A DNA stretch of 64,000 nucleotides from Phoronis australis (Eukaryota > Animalia > Phoronida): NCBI GenBank assembly GCA_002633005.1, contig NMRA01000143.1, positions 191,402 through 255,401 of the forward strand. Direction: 5' to 3'. Position 1 is the stretch's first letter, and every line of letters starts with the position of its first letter. Made by a program: the position numbers and the translations under genes. Positions 34,787 through 48,100 of the stretch are shown here, piece after piece. Below the pieces are notes generated by a model. That model was not told the origin of the DNA. It made no database searches and saw only the letters and a program-made list of their open reading frames with translations.

Positions 34787-37700
34787 ATGGCGGACATGTT
34801 TGAGGGTGTCGATGATTCGATTTTGGATGTTGCAAAAGAAGATCAAGATGATTTAAGCAATTCTCCTCGGGCACAAGAAAGGCAAGCTTATATATCTTGA
34901 AAGGAAGATTTTTTAATAATCACTGTGCATTGTTCTCAGAACTGTTTGGAAAGGCTAACGAAACCAGAGGCCGAAGACTTTCTTTGTCAAAAAGAGTGAC
35001 TGCGCGTCGAACACGTCAACACAGCACGCTATGTTGCAAACTGTTTTCTTGGAGATGTTTATTTACTAGCATTTCTTGTGCGAAAACTGACATTTTTCTT
35101 TTTCAAACATATGCTGCAATAAATCATGAATATCCAATCAATAGACGAAAACTAGAAGTGCAGCTTTTAGTTTTATTTTTCGTTCCGTTTCACTTTCGTT
35201 TTTCATGTTGCTCCATTTTTCACACGGTTTCAATCGTTCTGGTGTTGCATTTTTAACGGGAAGAGCAAATGACGTGAATTTTTGCATGTGGATTCCTTGA
35301 AGTATGGCCTTTCAAAAAGTCTGCGAGAGCGTATTTCTCAGATTTACCGTTTTTGAGTTATTTGACTTTGAATTTAAAAAAATGGCAAATTTTCTCGAAA
35401 ATGTTTATGATTTTTGCCAAACTACCACTTTAGAACAGGCTTTCAGAAGATATTTTCCATTGTGCGCTACGTGTACGACGTCTACTTTTTGAATAATTCG
35501 AGATTTTCGGATACCGTTGTTCCAATTCGGTCACCTTTGCAAGGTAAGGACCCAGCTGGCTGGCTTTCAGTTCACTTTGTTTTGGTTATGCCTAGTTGAC
35601 CCAGACTGACCCAGCCAGCACTGTCCTACTGTAGACTGGACCGTCATGTTGCGCCATCTATTGTTCTTTATTGTAGTTGATTGTATGCTCTCTGTTTGAT
35701 TTCTTCGCTAGTCACATGAATGTTATCGTGTTATTCATAATTGCTGCCTTGATCGTCATGATTGTCGTCGTTCCCCTTATCGTCGTTTTTCGATTAATTC
35801 CGCCAAGTGTCGCTCCTCCGAGCGCTCTCGTCCTCTATTGTGTTTGCTTTTCCTTCACAAGAATTCGCAATCCTCAGTTCATGAAATCTCATTAAAAAAG
35901 CAGCGTTTATTTGCCGGTAAAACAGCGTCAAGAATAACACTCTTGTATGGAAAAGTTTGACTTCCCGCATATACTAATGACTGTTTTCATTAAAAGATTT
36001 TTGTGACCTTGCAGCTACCAAAGGTATGATTTTGGGCAAGTTTGTGTTCCAGGGGTTAACTACCTTGTCGAGCATGTGTTTAAATACTTAAGTGCAGACG
36101 AGTTATGTGTCTACATTGCACTAGCGAGCAGTCTGAAGTCGAGATAGGTGTATGTCAACCAGAAGTTGTGTTGGTTCCTGATTTATAGCTGTAAACAACT
36201 GGTCCATTATTTAGTAATTACCTTGTTCTCAACATCAAATATAGCTATAAGTGCCCTCCTTCATCGTGCACAACAGGTGGTCTCCTTGTCTTTCGCATGC
36301 ATCCCCAGATCATAGACATGACTTGGTTGTTTGTCACTGTAGTAAAATCCACGTTCACTTGCGGGTGCGCAAGTCAAGTTTCCATATTTTTCGGCCTTTG
36401 TTTTGCAAACTAGATTCTGGTTTATGGGGTCGCTGATTCGATTCCTGGTTGTATTAAGGAAAATTATAGCTAACAATAGAATACAAGTTCAAAGATGTAT
36501 TTACATGCTCCTAATTATGCTTATGGCTAATGTATACCAGGAACACTGCTATTTTAACATAATCTATTCTATGCTAAACAAAGTGCAGTTGTATTCATTG
36601 ACAACTTGTAAATGTGAAAACAAGAAAATCTGCAAATAGAAGACCTTTGCACTAATGATGTACCTCGTGGACTCTCATCATGAATTGTTATTCTCCAACA
36701 CCACGTCACGATACTTACTGGACATGGTTCGATGATTTACAGTGGATCATTTTCGCCACAAAAACTCATTATTAAGACCATTGGCAATTTTCAACCTACT
36801 TCATATTCACATCATCACCATATGTGGTATTTCTAACTAATTTGGTCAAGCAATCACAGAGATAAGGAATTGGCCTGCAAGTTCCACTTTACTTCGCCTA
36901 GGAAGAGATGATGGTCTGTCCACTCTGTTCCATTAGAGTATGACTTTCCTTGCTGTCCGTACAATTCGTTGATATAATACTGGTCTGATCCTGAACTTAT
37001 TAGATCGAGCACAACATGCTGTTATTCAAAGCGCATCTTGGTTATTAAATAACGTGCAAAAGCACACATTATTTCCATGTTACCTGTTTGCTAACTGCTG
37101 TTTAAAACACTGTCATCATGTTGTAGATCCCGCTCAAGGTCACCACTTAGCAGCCCACGCAATCACAGACGCGACCACGATGGCAGAGACCGTGGTCGGC
37201 GTGATCGCTCCAGGTCACGTGACCGAGATAGGCAACGCAAGATCAACTCTAGGAAAGTCCTCATCACAAATATTCCATACGAGACGACGTGGCAAAAAAT
37301 TAAAGATCTTTGCCGGCGGGAACTGGATGCTGTTCCGTACATCGAGATGTATGAAACTCCAGAGGGGAAGCCACTCGGTAGTTGGTAAGAATCCTAGTTT
37401 TATGGTGTTTCAAGGTCAAAAGTTCAAACTTGTGAACTACATGGACATTGTCATTCTTAAATTGTTGGTGCATGAAAAACGTAATTATCTTGTCTTTTGT
37501 TGGGACGGTGACTCTCTGGTATTAAGACATTGAAGGAGTGACTGTGTCAACATTTGTGTCATTTAAACAATGGCAGTTTCTTTTTTTTAAGAATTTTTTT
37601 ATCCATTTGAAGAGCATTTATTTACAGTCTCTTCTAGCCGGTGTCTTTTGGTGCAATTTTAAAGTTTCCAAAATTTCGCAGCTTTGTGTAGCACATCTTT

Positions 37701-40700
37701 TGAATCACTGTTTCCCCTTTGATACTTTTTGAATATGAGCACAGCCCCAGAAATCGCTTTGCATAATATCCAGGTTCTCATTCACTCCCTTGCAATTTGT
37801 GGTATTGCCTGCCAGTGAGCAAGGATTGGAACCCGGAGCTCAAACCACTGAGCCACACTGTCTCCTCTTTGATACTGCATTATAGCTGTAGCAATGCTCG
37901 CTATTTTTAGCATGGCTGAGTTTAGTGACAAAGATACGGCGCAGAGGGCAGTGGACAAGCTTCACAGGATGAAGATGGGTGACAGGAATATCATTGTGAG
38001 AGAGGTGAGTCTCTTATACGATTGCACAGTTCACGCACACCCGAGGTTCCTATGAGACTGGGAAGTATGTGACCTTCAGGTAAAATGTTGCAGCCAATAT
38101 CAAAAGAAAAAATGTAAATGCTGATGATTTGATGAAAAACCTTGATGTCATGGTTACAAGAATTGTGGTGGGTGATGAATAGTTTCTAAATATCTTGTGT
38201 GTGCCTGGTAAGTACACATGTACTGTTGAAACGACTATGAACTCAAGTTCCATTGAAGAAACTAGCTATCATCAGTAGTACTACTGTAAAGTTGGTCTTG
38301 ACTTGTTCCTTACTCATCAGATGATAAGCGTTTTTGTCTTCAAAAAACTGACAGGTCGTCATCACTTGATGCAATGCTCGGTGACAAGTCAGTAAAGCCT
38401 CATCTCAAATACTTACAAATTACAAGTCAGTAAAGCCTCATCTCAAGTACTTACAAATTACAAGTCAGTAAAGCCTCATCTCAAGTACTTACAAATTACA
38501 AGTCAGTAAAGCCTCGTCTCAAATACTTACAAATTACAAGTCAGTAAAGCCTCGTCTCAAGTACTTACAAATTACAAGTCAGTAAAGCCTCATCTCAAGT
38601 ACTTACAAATTACANTAGGAACTGTGTGACCTTCAGGTAAAATGTTGCAGCCAATATCAAAAGAAAAAATGTAAATGCTGATGATTTGATGAAAAACCTT
38701 GATGTCATGGTTGCAAGAATTGCGGTGGGTCATGAATAGTTTCTAAATATCTTGTGTGTGCCCGGTAGGTACACATGTACTGTTGAAACGACTATGAACT
38801 CAAGTTCCATTGAAGAAACTAGCTATCATCAGTAGTACTACTGTAAAGTTGGTCTTGACTTGTTCCTTACTCATCAGATGATAAGCGTTTTTGTCTTAAA
38901 AAAACTGACAGTTCGTCATCACTTGATGCAATGCTCGGTGACAAGTCAGTAAAGCCTCATCTCAAATACTTACAAATTACAAGTCAGTAAAGCCTCATCT
39001 CGAGTACTTACAAATTACAAGTTCTTTCCAAACCCATAAATCACTTTTATTTTGACTGGAGAACAATGTGAGACCAATATGATGCTAACTGGTCTGAGTC
39101 GAAATTCCTTTTTCATTGGAACCCGAGTTTATTATCCCCTTGATATTGCTCTTGTCAGCATAAAATGTCATCATTGTCGCAAAAATGCACTAAAATCTGA
39201 TCTCTGCTTCTAGCAATGTAAAAGGCAAGTTATCATAAGTGCTACATTGGGTACCAAAATTCACACTCTGTTTTGATTCATAAACCAAGGGTGAAAGTCA
39301 AGTGATACGGGCAGTGAAGCTATTATGAAGTTGTAGGTGGGCTTCAGCAAAAACAAAGTTTGATAGATTGGTATTTAGGCTTTCTTTTGTTGTTAGAGGC
39401 AACTATGACCTAATGGATGTTTCTGGGTGGTGATCTACTGTTATTTGGGTAGAACCTGCTAAAATTTCCTGTTGGTATCATTGTAAAAAATGCCTACCCA
39501 TTGTGTGCAAACTTAAAAGTCAGAAAATAAGCCAAATTAAATGAGTTTGTTGTAGAGATGGATTACGATCACCTTTTTGTGGACTATCATTTTGAGAAAC
39601 TGCAAAAAGGTGAACCATCAGATCTCTCTGTATGTGAACTGCAACATTACACAAATGTCATGTATCTTATTGGTAACAACTTGTTTTAGGAAACGGAAAA
39701 AGACCGCCGGAGATTTGAACGTGACCGTGGACTACTGGGCAGGTCTGGACAAGGCTCTTCATTCACCAGTGGTGCTGGTGGCCCCCGAGGGGGTGGATTT
39801 AGGGGCGCCGCTATGCCCAATGTCGACCTGCCACCTGGTATCACCATGGACATTCTGAATCGGTTGAACATCCAATTACCTGTTACAGACACTGTGTTTG
39901 TAGCTAATGTAGGTTTTTATGTCTCATGTACATCTCTCAACACATGTATACAGTCTGTTGACGGTAGTTTTGGACTGAGCTAATGCCTTGTAATTAACAA
40001 GTAATATTGATTTATATTACAATCTTTCAGCACGTAGACCAACTCTGTTTCTGATAGAAGTTTTGTTCTTGTAGTGTTTGTCATGTGTTCTCAAATATCT
40101 TTGGCCTATGTTATCATTGTATTCACGTTTGTTCATGTGGCCTGCAAACTCTCTGTTTTCACATGTTCCTTGTGTTCGCAACACGTCTCATTTTTCTTCA
40201 AATGTTGTGTTCTGTTGTCTCACATGCCTTGTTATCATTGCATTTCCAAGTTTTCTGTCCTACTTCACATTTCCCAAAAATGGTTTGTACCCAAACATGG
40301 TGACTACGTATGCTTATCACATGTCCTGTCGTTCGTGTTGTAGCTATATTACAAAGTGACGGAGAATGATTTGCGTGAAGTCTTTGAGCTGTCCGGCCCC
40401 GTTGTCCACGTAGAACTAAAGAAGGACAAGGACGGCAAGAGTAAAGGCTACGGTACCGTCCGCTTTAACACAGAGTTTGAGGCTGTCCAGGCAGTCTGTA
40501 TCCTTCACTCACCAGTTGTCTTGGACATTGTTTCCGTATTTTGACAACCAGCTTTGTCTTTTGAATGACGGGCGTCAAACTGGTTCTTAGTATCCGTGTT
40601 CTTTGTAAGTGACTGTTGATGCCAAAAATAGCTGTATTGTGCTTGGGTGTGGTTGTGGTGGTTTCAGTTTTTGGTATTAAAAGATTGTTTTAAGGAATTG

Positions 40701-43700
40701 ACTCATTAAGAAAGGATGGCTTATATGAAGGTGCGAGGCTGAAGGTGCATTGAGTGTACTTTGATGTTTAAGTCCACCGTATTCAAACTGAGATGTTATT
40801 TTAGACTAAGAAATAGTTTTAAACAGTTCAATGTGTTTCAATGACACTTTTTATGTGTGCCACTTGCATTTTCACGTTGATGGTGTGACAATAATTTCGC
40901 CCAGCAAGTTATCCTTCTGCTGTGGNAGTCTGTATCCTTCACTCACCAGTTGTCTTGGACATTGTTTTCGTATTTTGACAGCCAGCTTTGTCTGATGAAT
41001 GACGGGCATCAAACTGGTTCTCAGTATCCGTGATTTTTGTAAGTGACTGTTGATGCCAAAAATAGCTGTATTGTGCTTGGGTGTGGTTGTGGTGGTTTCA
41101 GTTTTTGGTATTAAAAGACAAGTTTTAAGGAATTGACTCATTAAGAAAGGATGGCTTATATGAAGGTGCGAGGCTGAAGGTGCATTGATTGTACTTTGAT
41201 GTTTAAGTCCACCGTATTCAAACTGAGATGTTATTTTAGACTAAGAAATAGTTTTAAACAGTTCAATGTGTTTCAATGACACTTTTTATGTGTGCCACTT
41301 GCATTTTCACGTTGATGGTGTGACAATAATTTCGCCCAGCAAGTTATCCTTCTGCTGTGGTGGTCGCTGCAGAATGTCTCATTTGCCCTGCTAAGCTGAC
41401 CGGTTCTACAATCAAATTGTCTGTCATTGGGGGTGTCATGTCGTAAGTTTTGCTCACGGTGTGTTGACAGTTTTGTATAGCGTGCTGCAGACAACCTTAA
41501 CCCTCACTCAGCTATGTTCCATGACCACAAGCTATGTCACAGAAAGATGACGGTGAAGATTGACAAGATGGCAGACAGTCGCAGGAACAAGAAATTGCCA
41601 GGTATTCTAGGGTCTCCTGTTCTACAGTAATAAAAGGCTTGGTGCACAAGACGCTGGTGTCGTGAGTCGTATCCATCATCATGCGCATAATTTCGTGTTT
41701 GTTTTAACATTATTTAATTGTCGAACAATTTCTCCGTATAGTATGAGGTGTTGTTTGAGATAAGCAAATGTGCCTCATGTCTGGCTTTCATGGTTCTACA
41801 ATTCGTTATTTTAGATATTACTAAATGTGTCTGACGTCTGGCTTCTGTAGTTTTACAATTACTTGCTTCCATACACTTGGTTAATCAACATACAGCACAA
41901 GACGAAAGTAAACAGACAAAATACCATCACCACAGCTATTTCTGTTTTCAGCAAACAATTATTGGTAATAAGTATTTGGACGACACGATTCTAGTTGTAG
42001 AATGGCATAGCCATCTAACGTTCCTGTAAATTCTAGTTATAGAATGGCATAGCCATCTAACGTTCCTGTAAATTCTAGTTATAGAATGGCATAGCCATCT
42101 AACGTTCCTGTAAATTCTAGTTATAGAATGGCATAGCCATCTAACGTTCCTGTAAATTCTCCTTTGTTCTTAGTCATGAGGGAAGACTGTTCTGACGATG
42201 TATTTGGCTTCTGCCCAACTTTCACAACCGCACATGTTGTCTGAATACTTTAGACTTGTACTGTGGTCACACCAGGCTACAATGTGACTGATTTATACCA
42301 TTCACTCGCGTGCAGTGTTTCATTGAAGCCAAATGTACTGTTTAAAAGTTGATTTGGTTTTACTGAAACATTGGTTACGACAAACGTTTTGGAAAAGTCC
42401 CATGAGGTTTGTCGTGATGCAGTTTGCTGTACATATTAGACAGGTTTTGTGTTGTGTTTCTTTATGAGAGCTGTTTGTTTTCAGAGGGGCTGGAGTCCAT
42501 TGGTATGGGCCTGGGCCCTGCTGGTAACCCGGTGCAGTCGAACAACTTAGGAAGTGGACCAATGGGAGGAGGAACAGGCAAGTGTTGCCATGGTGACTGT
42601 TGTCATTCATGTAAATGATTCGGCAAATTTTGCAATACATACAGAGCATCAGTACTTGTTTATTGAGCTACTTTTGAATTACGTTTTTGTTGTTACTAAA
42701 TATGTCTGCCCTGTTTCACTTGGAGTCAGATTCCATCAACTCGTAGGAATTCGTTGCGATAGGGTCTAATTGTCTCGCCTGTTTCTAGGAAACTTTGGTG
42801 GCATTGGAGGTGGTGGACTTAACCCCATGGGAGGTATGGGTAACGACATGGGTGAGTCTTGGTTTTAGTTGGCTGTTTACCTTCTGTTGCATCACGCTTG
42901 CACGTTTGCCATCAAGACCTCTCATTCTCGTTGTTGATTGACTTTCCAGCTGTCTTCTGGAAAAAGTCAACAGAGTCTGGTCATTGAGAAATTAGCAAAA
43001 TATCGGACCAGAACATTTCATTGAAGCCCATTAACTGCTGTAGGTGTCCTATAAACATGTTCTCTTAAGAAAATTGTGTTTTTGTAACGGAAGGTTAAGA
43101 AAACGTGAATCTATAGGCTTATTAATACTTGCACCCTTACACACTGCCGCCAGAGGTCATATTCTGGATCTGTACTCGAAAGCACAGTTGAAGACAGTAA
43201 AGTCCACTGGCTGCACTATATAAACACTACTAGAGATGGTCAAATACGGAACCAGCTGCGGTCAGACAGCTTTAACAACATTAAGTGGGAGTAGTCAGCC
43301 AGTATGCTCACGAGTTTGGCCAAAATATACAAAACATGCAGATTCGTTTCTAAACCAGTACTACAGCTCACTGTTGAGTTGTGTGCGCATAGCCCGCTTG
43401 GCAGTAGAAGCAATTTGAATTGCCACCTGATTCCTGACACGTGCTTTTTCTCTTTCCAGCACCAATGGGTGGCCTGGGTAACCTGGGCATGGGCGGCGGC
43501 GGTATGGGTAGCATGTCTGGGGGCATGTCTGGTGGAATGGCTGGAGGAGGCCTGTCGTTGGGAGGTGGCATGTCGTCTGGTCTGTCCGGTCAACTGAGCA
43601 GCCTCATGGGCAGTCTGAGCGGCGGCAACTTTGGAGCAGGCGGCTCCAGTAGCTTTAGTGATATCGGTGGGATGAACATGAACCGTCTCGGCGGTATGAG

Positions 43701-45124
43701 CGATTTAGGAGGAGGCGGCGCTGCTGGGGGATTCGGCGCTCTCGGCGGTTTGTCCGGAGGGCTTGGCGGTTTTGGCGGTATGTCAGGACTCAGTGACAGC
43801 GTGGGAAGTGGGACGGGCCTGTCGATGAATTTGGGTGGTGGTGGTGGTGGGAGCTATCGTGACCGTGACATTGGCCGTAATGATCGCCGTGGAGGTAACC
43901 AGCGCCGTAATGGTGGTGGTGGTGGTGGTGGTGTCAACGACAGTCGCCGTTCGGTGTTTGTGAGAAATGTGAGTTACTTTTTCCTTTTAACTATTGATTA
44001 ATAAAGCTTAAAAATGGTCTCAGGCTATCAGTGCAGTGGGCCCACGTGAGCTTCCTGCGCTTGTCTGCTACCGCCTGCCATTATGTATTTAAATAATCGT
44101 AGATGTTTAGAAGTAATATATTTTAACTGACATAAATCATAACTTGTTTTGCTGATAGTGTAATGACATGGATTGAAAGTCTCTGTTCATCTGCTTTTGA
44201 GATGAGTTTTTAAAACTTTTAACACTTTTTGGAAGTTGTGTCAGACCCCTCATTACCCCCATCTCTTCCCCCCCCCCCNTCCGCCATACCAACTGCAATC
44301 GTAGCAATCGCTCTGATGTCTGTTGTTTCCTTCTGTGCACCTACCTCTTTCAACGGACATGTTATTTTCTCTACCCTCTCTTCCAGTTGCCATTCTCCTA
44401 CACGTGGCAAACACTCAAGGATGAGTTCAGCAACATAGGTCCAGTTGTCTTCGCCGAGATCAAGACGGACAACAAGGGCAAGTCACGCGGCTGCGGTATC
44501 GTGCGGTACGGTTCACAGGAGGACGCCGAGAGGGCCATAGGTAAGTCGCGCTTTGGTGCTCACCTCTACATTATATTGACTGTTAATCACTGAGCTCCAA
44601 ATGACCTACTAACTCGTTGGAGATGAGACCTTCGTGTTTCCTGCGTGCTATAATTAGCTCGCTGCTTATCAGTCTTCTTTTTGATGGTTACCAAAGCAGC
44701 TATATCCAAGATGGTGCTAACATATAAAATACTGGTAAGGTCAAAGAAAACAGCATTGTGGTGTTGATCTACGGCCTGCTTAGTCTGAAACTTGTGTTTT
44801 ACTGATAAAAGAAAAAAGCGACCACCCACAGCAATTTTAGCAAAGTCCTTTTTCATCCAAGACTACAGAAATGTATCAACTTTTTTAACAAATTGGCTTG
44901 CAACTCATCAACAATCCCCTCTGTGATGAAAAACAAGATTCAAAAGATAATTTTAATCATTGTTTGCTCCTGGCATCTGATGGTAATGATACAATATTGT
45001 ATAGAGTACCAGCATGCAGCCTTGCTGTCCCCGCTGACGTGTGGTTTTTGTGTACTTTTCAGCCCTGATGAATGGTGCGCGTTTGGACGGGCGTGATATC
45101 GAGGTCCGAGCTGATGCCCTTTAA
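34787..45124 (+). CDS. MYEF2: MYEF2 / hnRNP M family RNA-binding protein (3 RRMs, Gly/Met-rich linker), 596 aa, 11 exons
   Basis: Exons: 34787-34881, 37127-37384 (RS-rich, then KVLITNIPYETTWQKIKDL), 37911-38004, 39690-39908 (...TDTVFVAN), 40344-40497 (LYYKV...DKDGKSKGYGTVRF...EAVQAV), 41512-41601 (SMFHDHKL...MTVKID), 42485-42577 (GLESIGMGLGPAG), 42789-42851, 43460-43968 (Gly-rich...SVFVRN), 44387-44540 (LPFSYTWQTLKDEF...GKSRGCGIVRY), 45063-45124 (LMNGARLDGRDIEVRADAL*). Sum 1791 nt, open frame. Probably co-orthologous to vertebrate MYEF2 and HNRNPM. Confidence 0.95.
38055..39021. repeat. Single-N-joined (38615) duplicate pair containing a 38-bp VNTR (CAAGTCAGTAAAGCCTCATCTCAAGTACTTACAAATTA)
   Basis: First copy has ~6 units (38385-38614), second has ~2 units (38942-39021); flanking sequence is near-identical. 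Confidence 0.88.
40493..41360. repeat. ~430-bp duplicate pair joined by a single N (40926); likely uncollapsed haplotypes
   Basis: 40493-40925 and 40927-41360 are near-identical. Confidence 0.88.
40498..41511 (+). other. U12-type GT-AG intron in RRM2 of MYEF2
   Basis: Donor GTATCCTTC at 40498; branch CCTTAAC at 41495-41501, 10 nt from the intron end; in-frame join T|CT = Ser. Confidence 0.92.
41988..42160. repeat. 42-bp minisatellite (ATTCTAGTTATAGAATGGCATAGCCATCTAACGTTCCTGTAA, 4 copies)
   Basis: Read directly. Confidence 0.93.
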
Positions 45125-48100
45125 ATTACGCCCGAGAAAGAGGCACGACTTGATCATTTCGTAAGTGAACCCAGCTGTATATTTTTGTTGTGTTCGAGGG
45201 CTCATCCAATCGTTGTTCCCGGTTTCCCGGCAAAGACTTCAGTGTGAAGAATTCTTGAGGATTATCCATTTTTCCAACTGCAGCTGATTTACAAAAGTGG
45301 ACGTTTTTATTCACTGACTGTTTTAAGGATTGCCTGGGCAGTTATGACGTTAGATGCATTTCGTACAAGTGACTTCAGCTCTCCAGGCACAGTGGTACTC
45401 TATGTCTGAAATTTTATTTTGGTTGCGTGAACTGAAAAGGACAGAAAATATTCCGTGATTTTATATTTCACTTTGTTATTATGACTCTGTATAGATGTTT
45501 GGAGGGTCTTTGATGTGTAGACTTTTACTGCGTATAGTTTTCCAATACAAGTATTCTAATAAATTTGAGTTGTAGTTTTAAGTCTCCATTTGTCTTGTCA
45601 GTTTGGCGCTCACTTTCAAAACAGGGATGAGAGTCATAGGGTTTTGACTGGAATGCTCGCACATGGATTTTGATTGGTCATTGTAGAGTTGTTGTGTTAT
45701 CTGGCAATTTCCACTGCACAGTTTAGTTACATTGGAGTCTGCATCACGGTGTGCCATGGTGACAGTCACATGCTTGTTTGGTTTCCATCTTCATAACTTA
45801 GCCTATGTGTGAATGCGGCATGTCCCTTTGAAATTAGACAGCCTGTAGTAGATTTATAACTAACTACAGATAAGTGTGCAGTTAGTTATTCACTGGGTTT
45901 CTTTTTTGATTTTTACCCCAATACTCGAGTGCAAAATAGGGAAAAATTGCAGAATGAAATTTGTTTGGTGCCTCACTTGATACATGTACCTCCAACGCGT
46001 TGCGTCAAATATGGTGCGAAAAGTGGATCTCAGTTGTCCATGTGTTACTGCGCTATTCACTACATGGTAATTGACTCACCAAGATATTGACACTGTGTTC
46101 CTGTGTCTTGTATCAAGTCTACAGTTTCCTTATCAGTTTGTTGCTCGTTTCGAACAACTGTGTTCATACTGCAATTTGTGTACATGTGCATCTCCAGTTT
46201 TTACCACAACGGAAGTTGCTGTGTAATTTCGGCTAAAAGGTGTCTATTTAATTTTCTTAGCAGGCTGGAAATAAGCTAACAGCCTTCTTCGTATGGTTGT
46301 GATGTGATGAGGAAATCATACTTAACTGGCGGCACGTTTTTCGTTCTGTATTATTTCAATTCTCTCATCCCTGTTGAAGTTCTTTGTATTCTTGGATAAA
46401 ATTATTGTTGAGTGTTTATGCTTGTCCAGAAACCAGGAGAGACATTGGGCTTGTTTTGGTCAGGTTTGATATCAATCTCAAAACTTCCACGGTTGTGACG
46501 GGGATAAAAACCATTGTTTGTGTAATGGGGACATTTCTGCGGTAATTCACTCAAGACAGTTACGCTTTAATGCGACAGGTTTCTCCGATTTTCTGTAACC
46601 TGGTTACACATTGCTCTCGAAATGTGGTTTACTCATTTGCCAAGTTTGTTTAGGTCCCACCGATCAGTACACAGATTGGTGTGTTACAGTTACAACCATG
46701 TCAGAATAATTTTGTTTTGTGTAAGAAATTATAGGTTTTTCCTGCTACTGGAGATAGAATGTGCTTCAGTTGTTCTCTTTGTTTGTCAGAAACATGCTGC
46801 ACTACTTATGGAGCCGCTAAGGGCCCTTTTTCTGTCTAAAAAGTAACTTATGATGTAGTGCAGTTATGGCATGACAAAACTGGTATCAACTGGTTTCATA
46901 CTCATTTCACAAATGATTGGCCGACATCATCTGAAGACAGGATTGTTATTGGTTAAGAGCAGGAATAGTAAGTCAGGTGACAGGGTGGTAATGAGCTGAA
47001 AGCAATGCGACTGGTTTCGGGACTGAACCCTAGAGGGAGTTGGTAGGACTTGTTTGGTGTGCGAGAGAACCTGCACAAGATAAGATTAAAGCAAGCTGAA
47101 CCTGTTCTGAGACTGTCAACACAGTCACCTTTACTTGCTTGTATGTCCCGTGTCAGTCAGCTGAAATGGGCTTGATGATTTGCACTGTTGAAATTCTGTA
47201 TGGAATACGTACTTTTAGTCAGATGGATCCGTTCCTAACCCTGAACACAATGAAGATTGTTTGCTGAAACAGACCTCAGCCATTCCACGAATTTGAAAGT
47301 TGGATAAGGAAGACGTATTTGTTGTTGGCTGACCAAGGTCTTGATCCACAAGGCAATGAAGATTGCTTGCTATGAGAGTTGTCTGTCAAATTCCAAGTCT
47401 GAACTTGGATGGAAAATTTAAATCATCATGAGACAGGCACTGGTACAGCCGCATGTGGCCTGGACGACTAGTGGACGTCGTGGGAACGTTTTGGTATTCA
47501 AAGATTGAATAGCAGATTAATCATAAATATATGTGCAGGTATAGTTTCAGGTGGTCAATTATACCTTAGTGTTAGGCAGGAAAGGACTGCGGAGTAGATT
47601 ATGTTGAGATCACCATTGTATTTGGAGCCCATTGTTGTACAGATTTTGTCCAAGTTGTGGCTTGTTATAGCCAGTCTTGTTGAACAGACTGTCTAATCCT
47701 CTCTGTTCATGTTGTGTGCTGCATTACTGTTTACAACACATGTACAATCTACTCCACACAGCTGGTCCTTGTTGTAAGTGTTCACTATTGTGTTGCAACA
47801 GCTTTGTTCGTGTTTTGTTTTGAGGCTATCTAGTCTTGTTTTGAGGCTATCTAGTCTCATTTCTCCCCAAGGTACGTCCAAGACAAATCTATTTCTCTTC
47901 CATAAACTCGGATATTCATTGCCCTGCTTGTTATTTTCTCTGTCATTACTGCAGAGGTGTTGGATGTCATTTGCAGTTGTGAAGTTACAGCTGATATCGT
48001 CAGCTGGGTTTGCCAGCTACCTTTGGAGGGTTCTGTACGTCTCAGCCTACTCAGGTTTTCAGCCTGTCTTCTTTCCAGCTTGGGCTCATTGGTTGTAAAA

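Noticed and set aside
35677-35895. Hydrophobic 72-aa ORF in MYEF2 intron 1
   Set aside because: Non-ATG start, no recognisable homology, and explained by T-rich composition.
40932-40940. Alternative U12 donor in MYEF2
   Set aside because: Lies in the haplotype duplicate right after a single N and has no full exon upstream.
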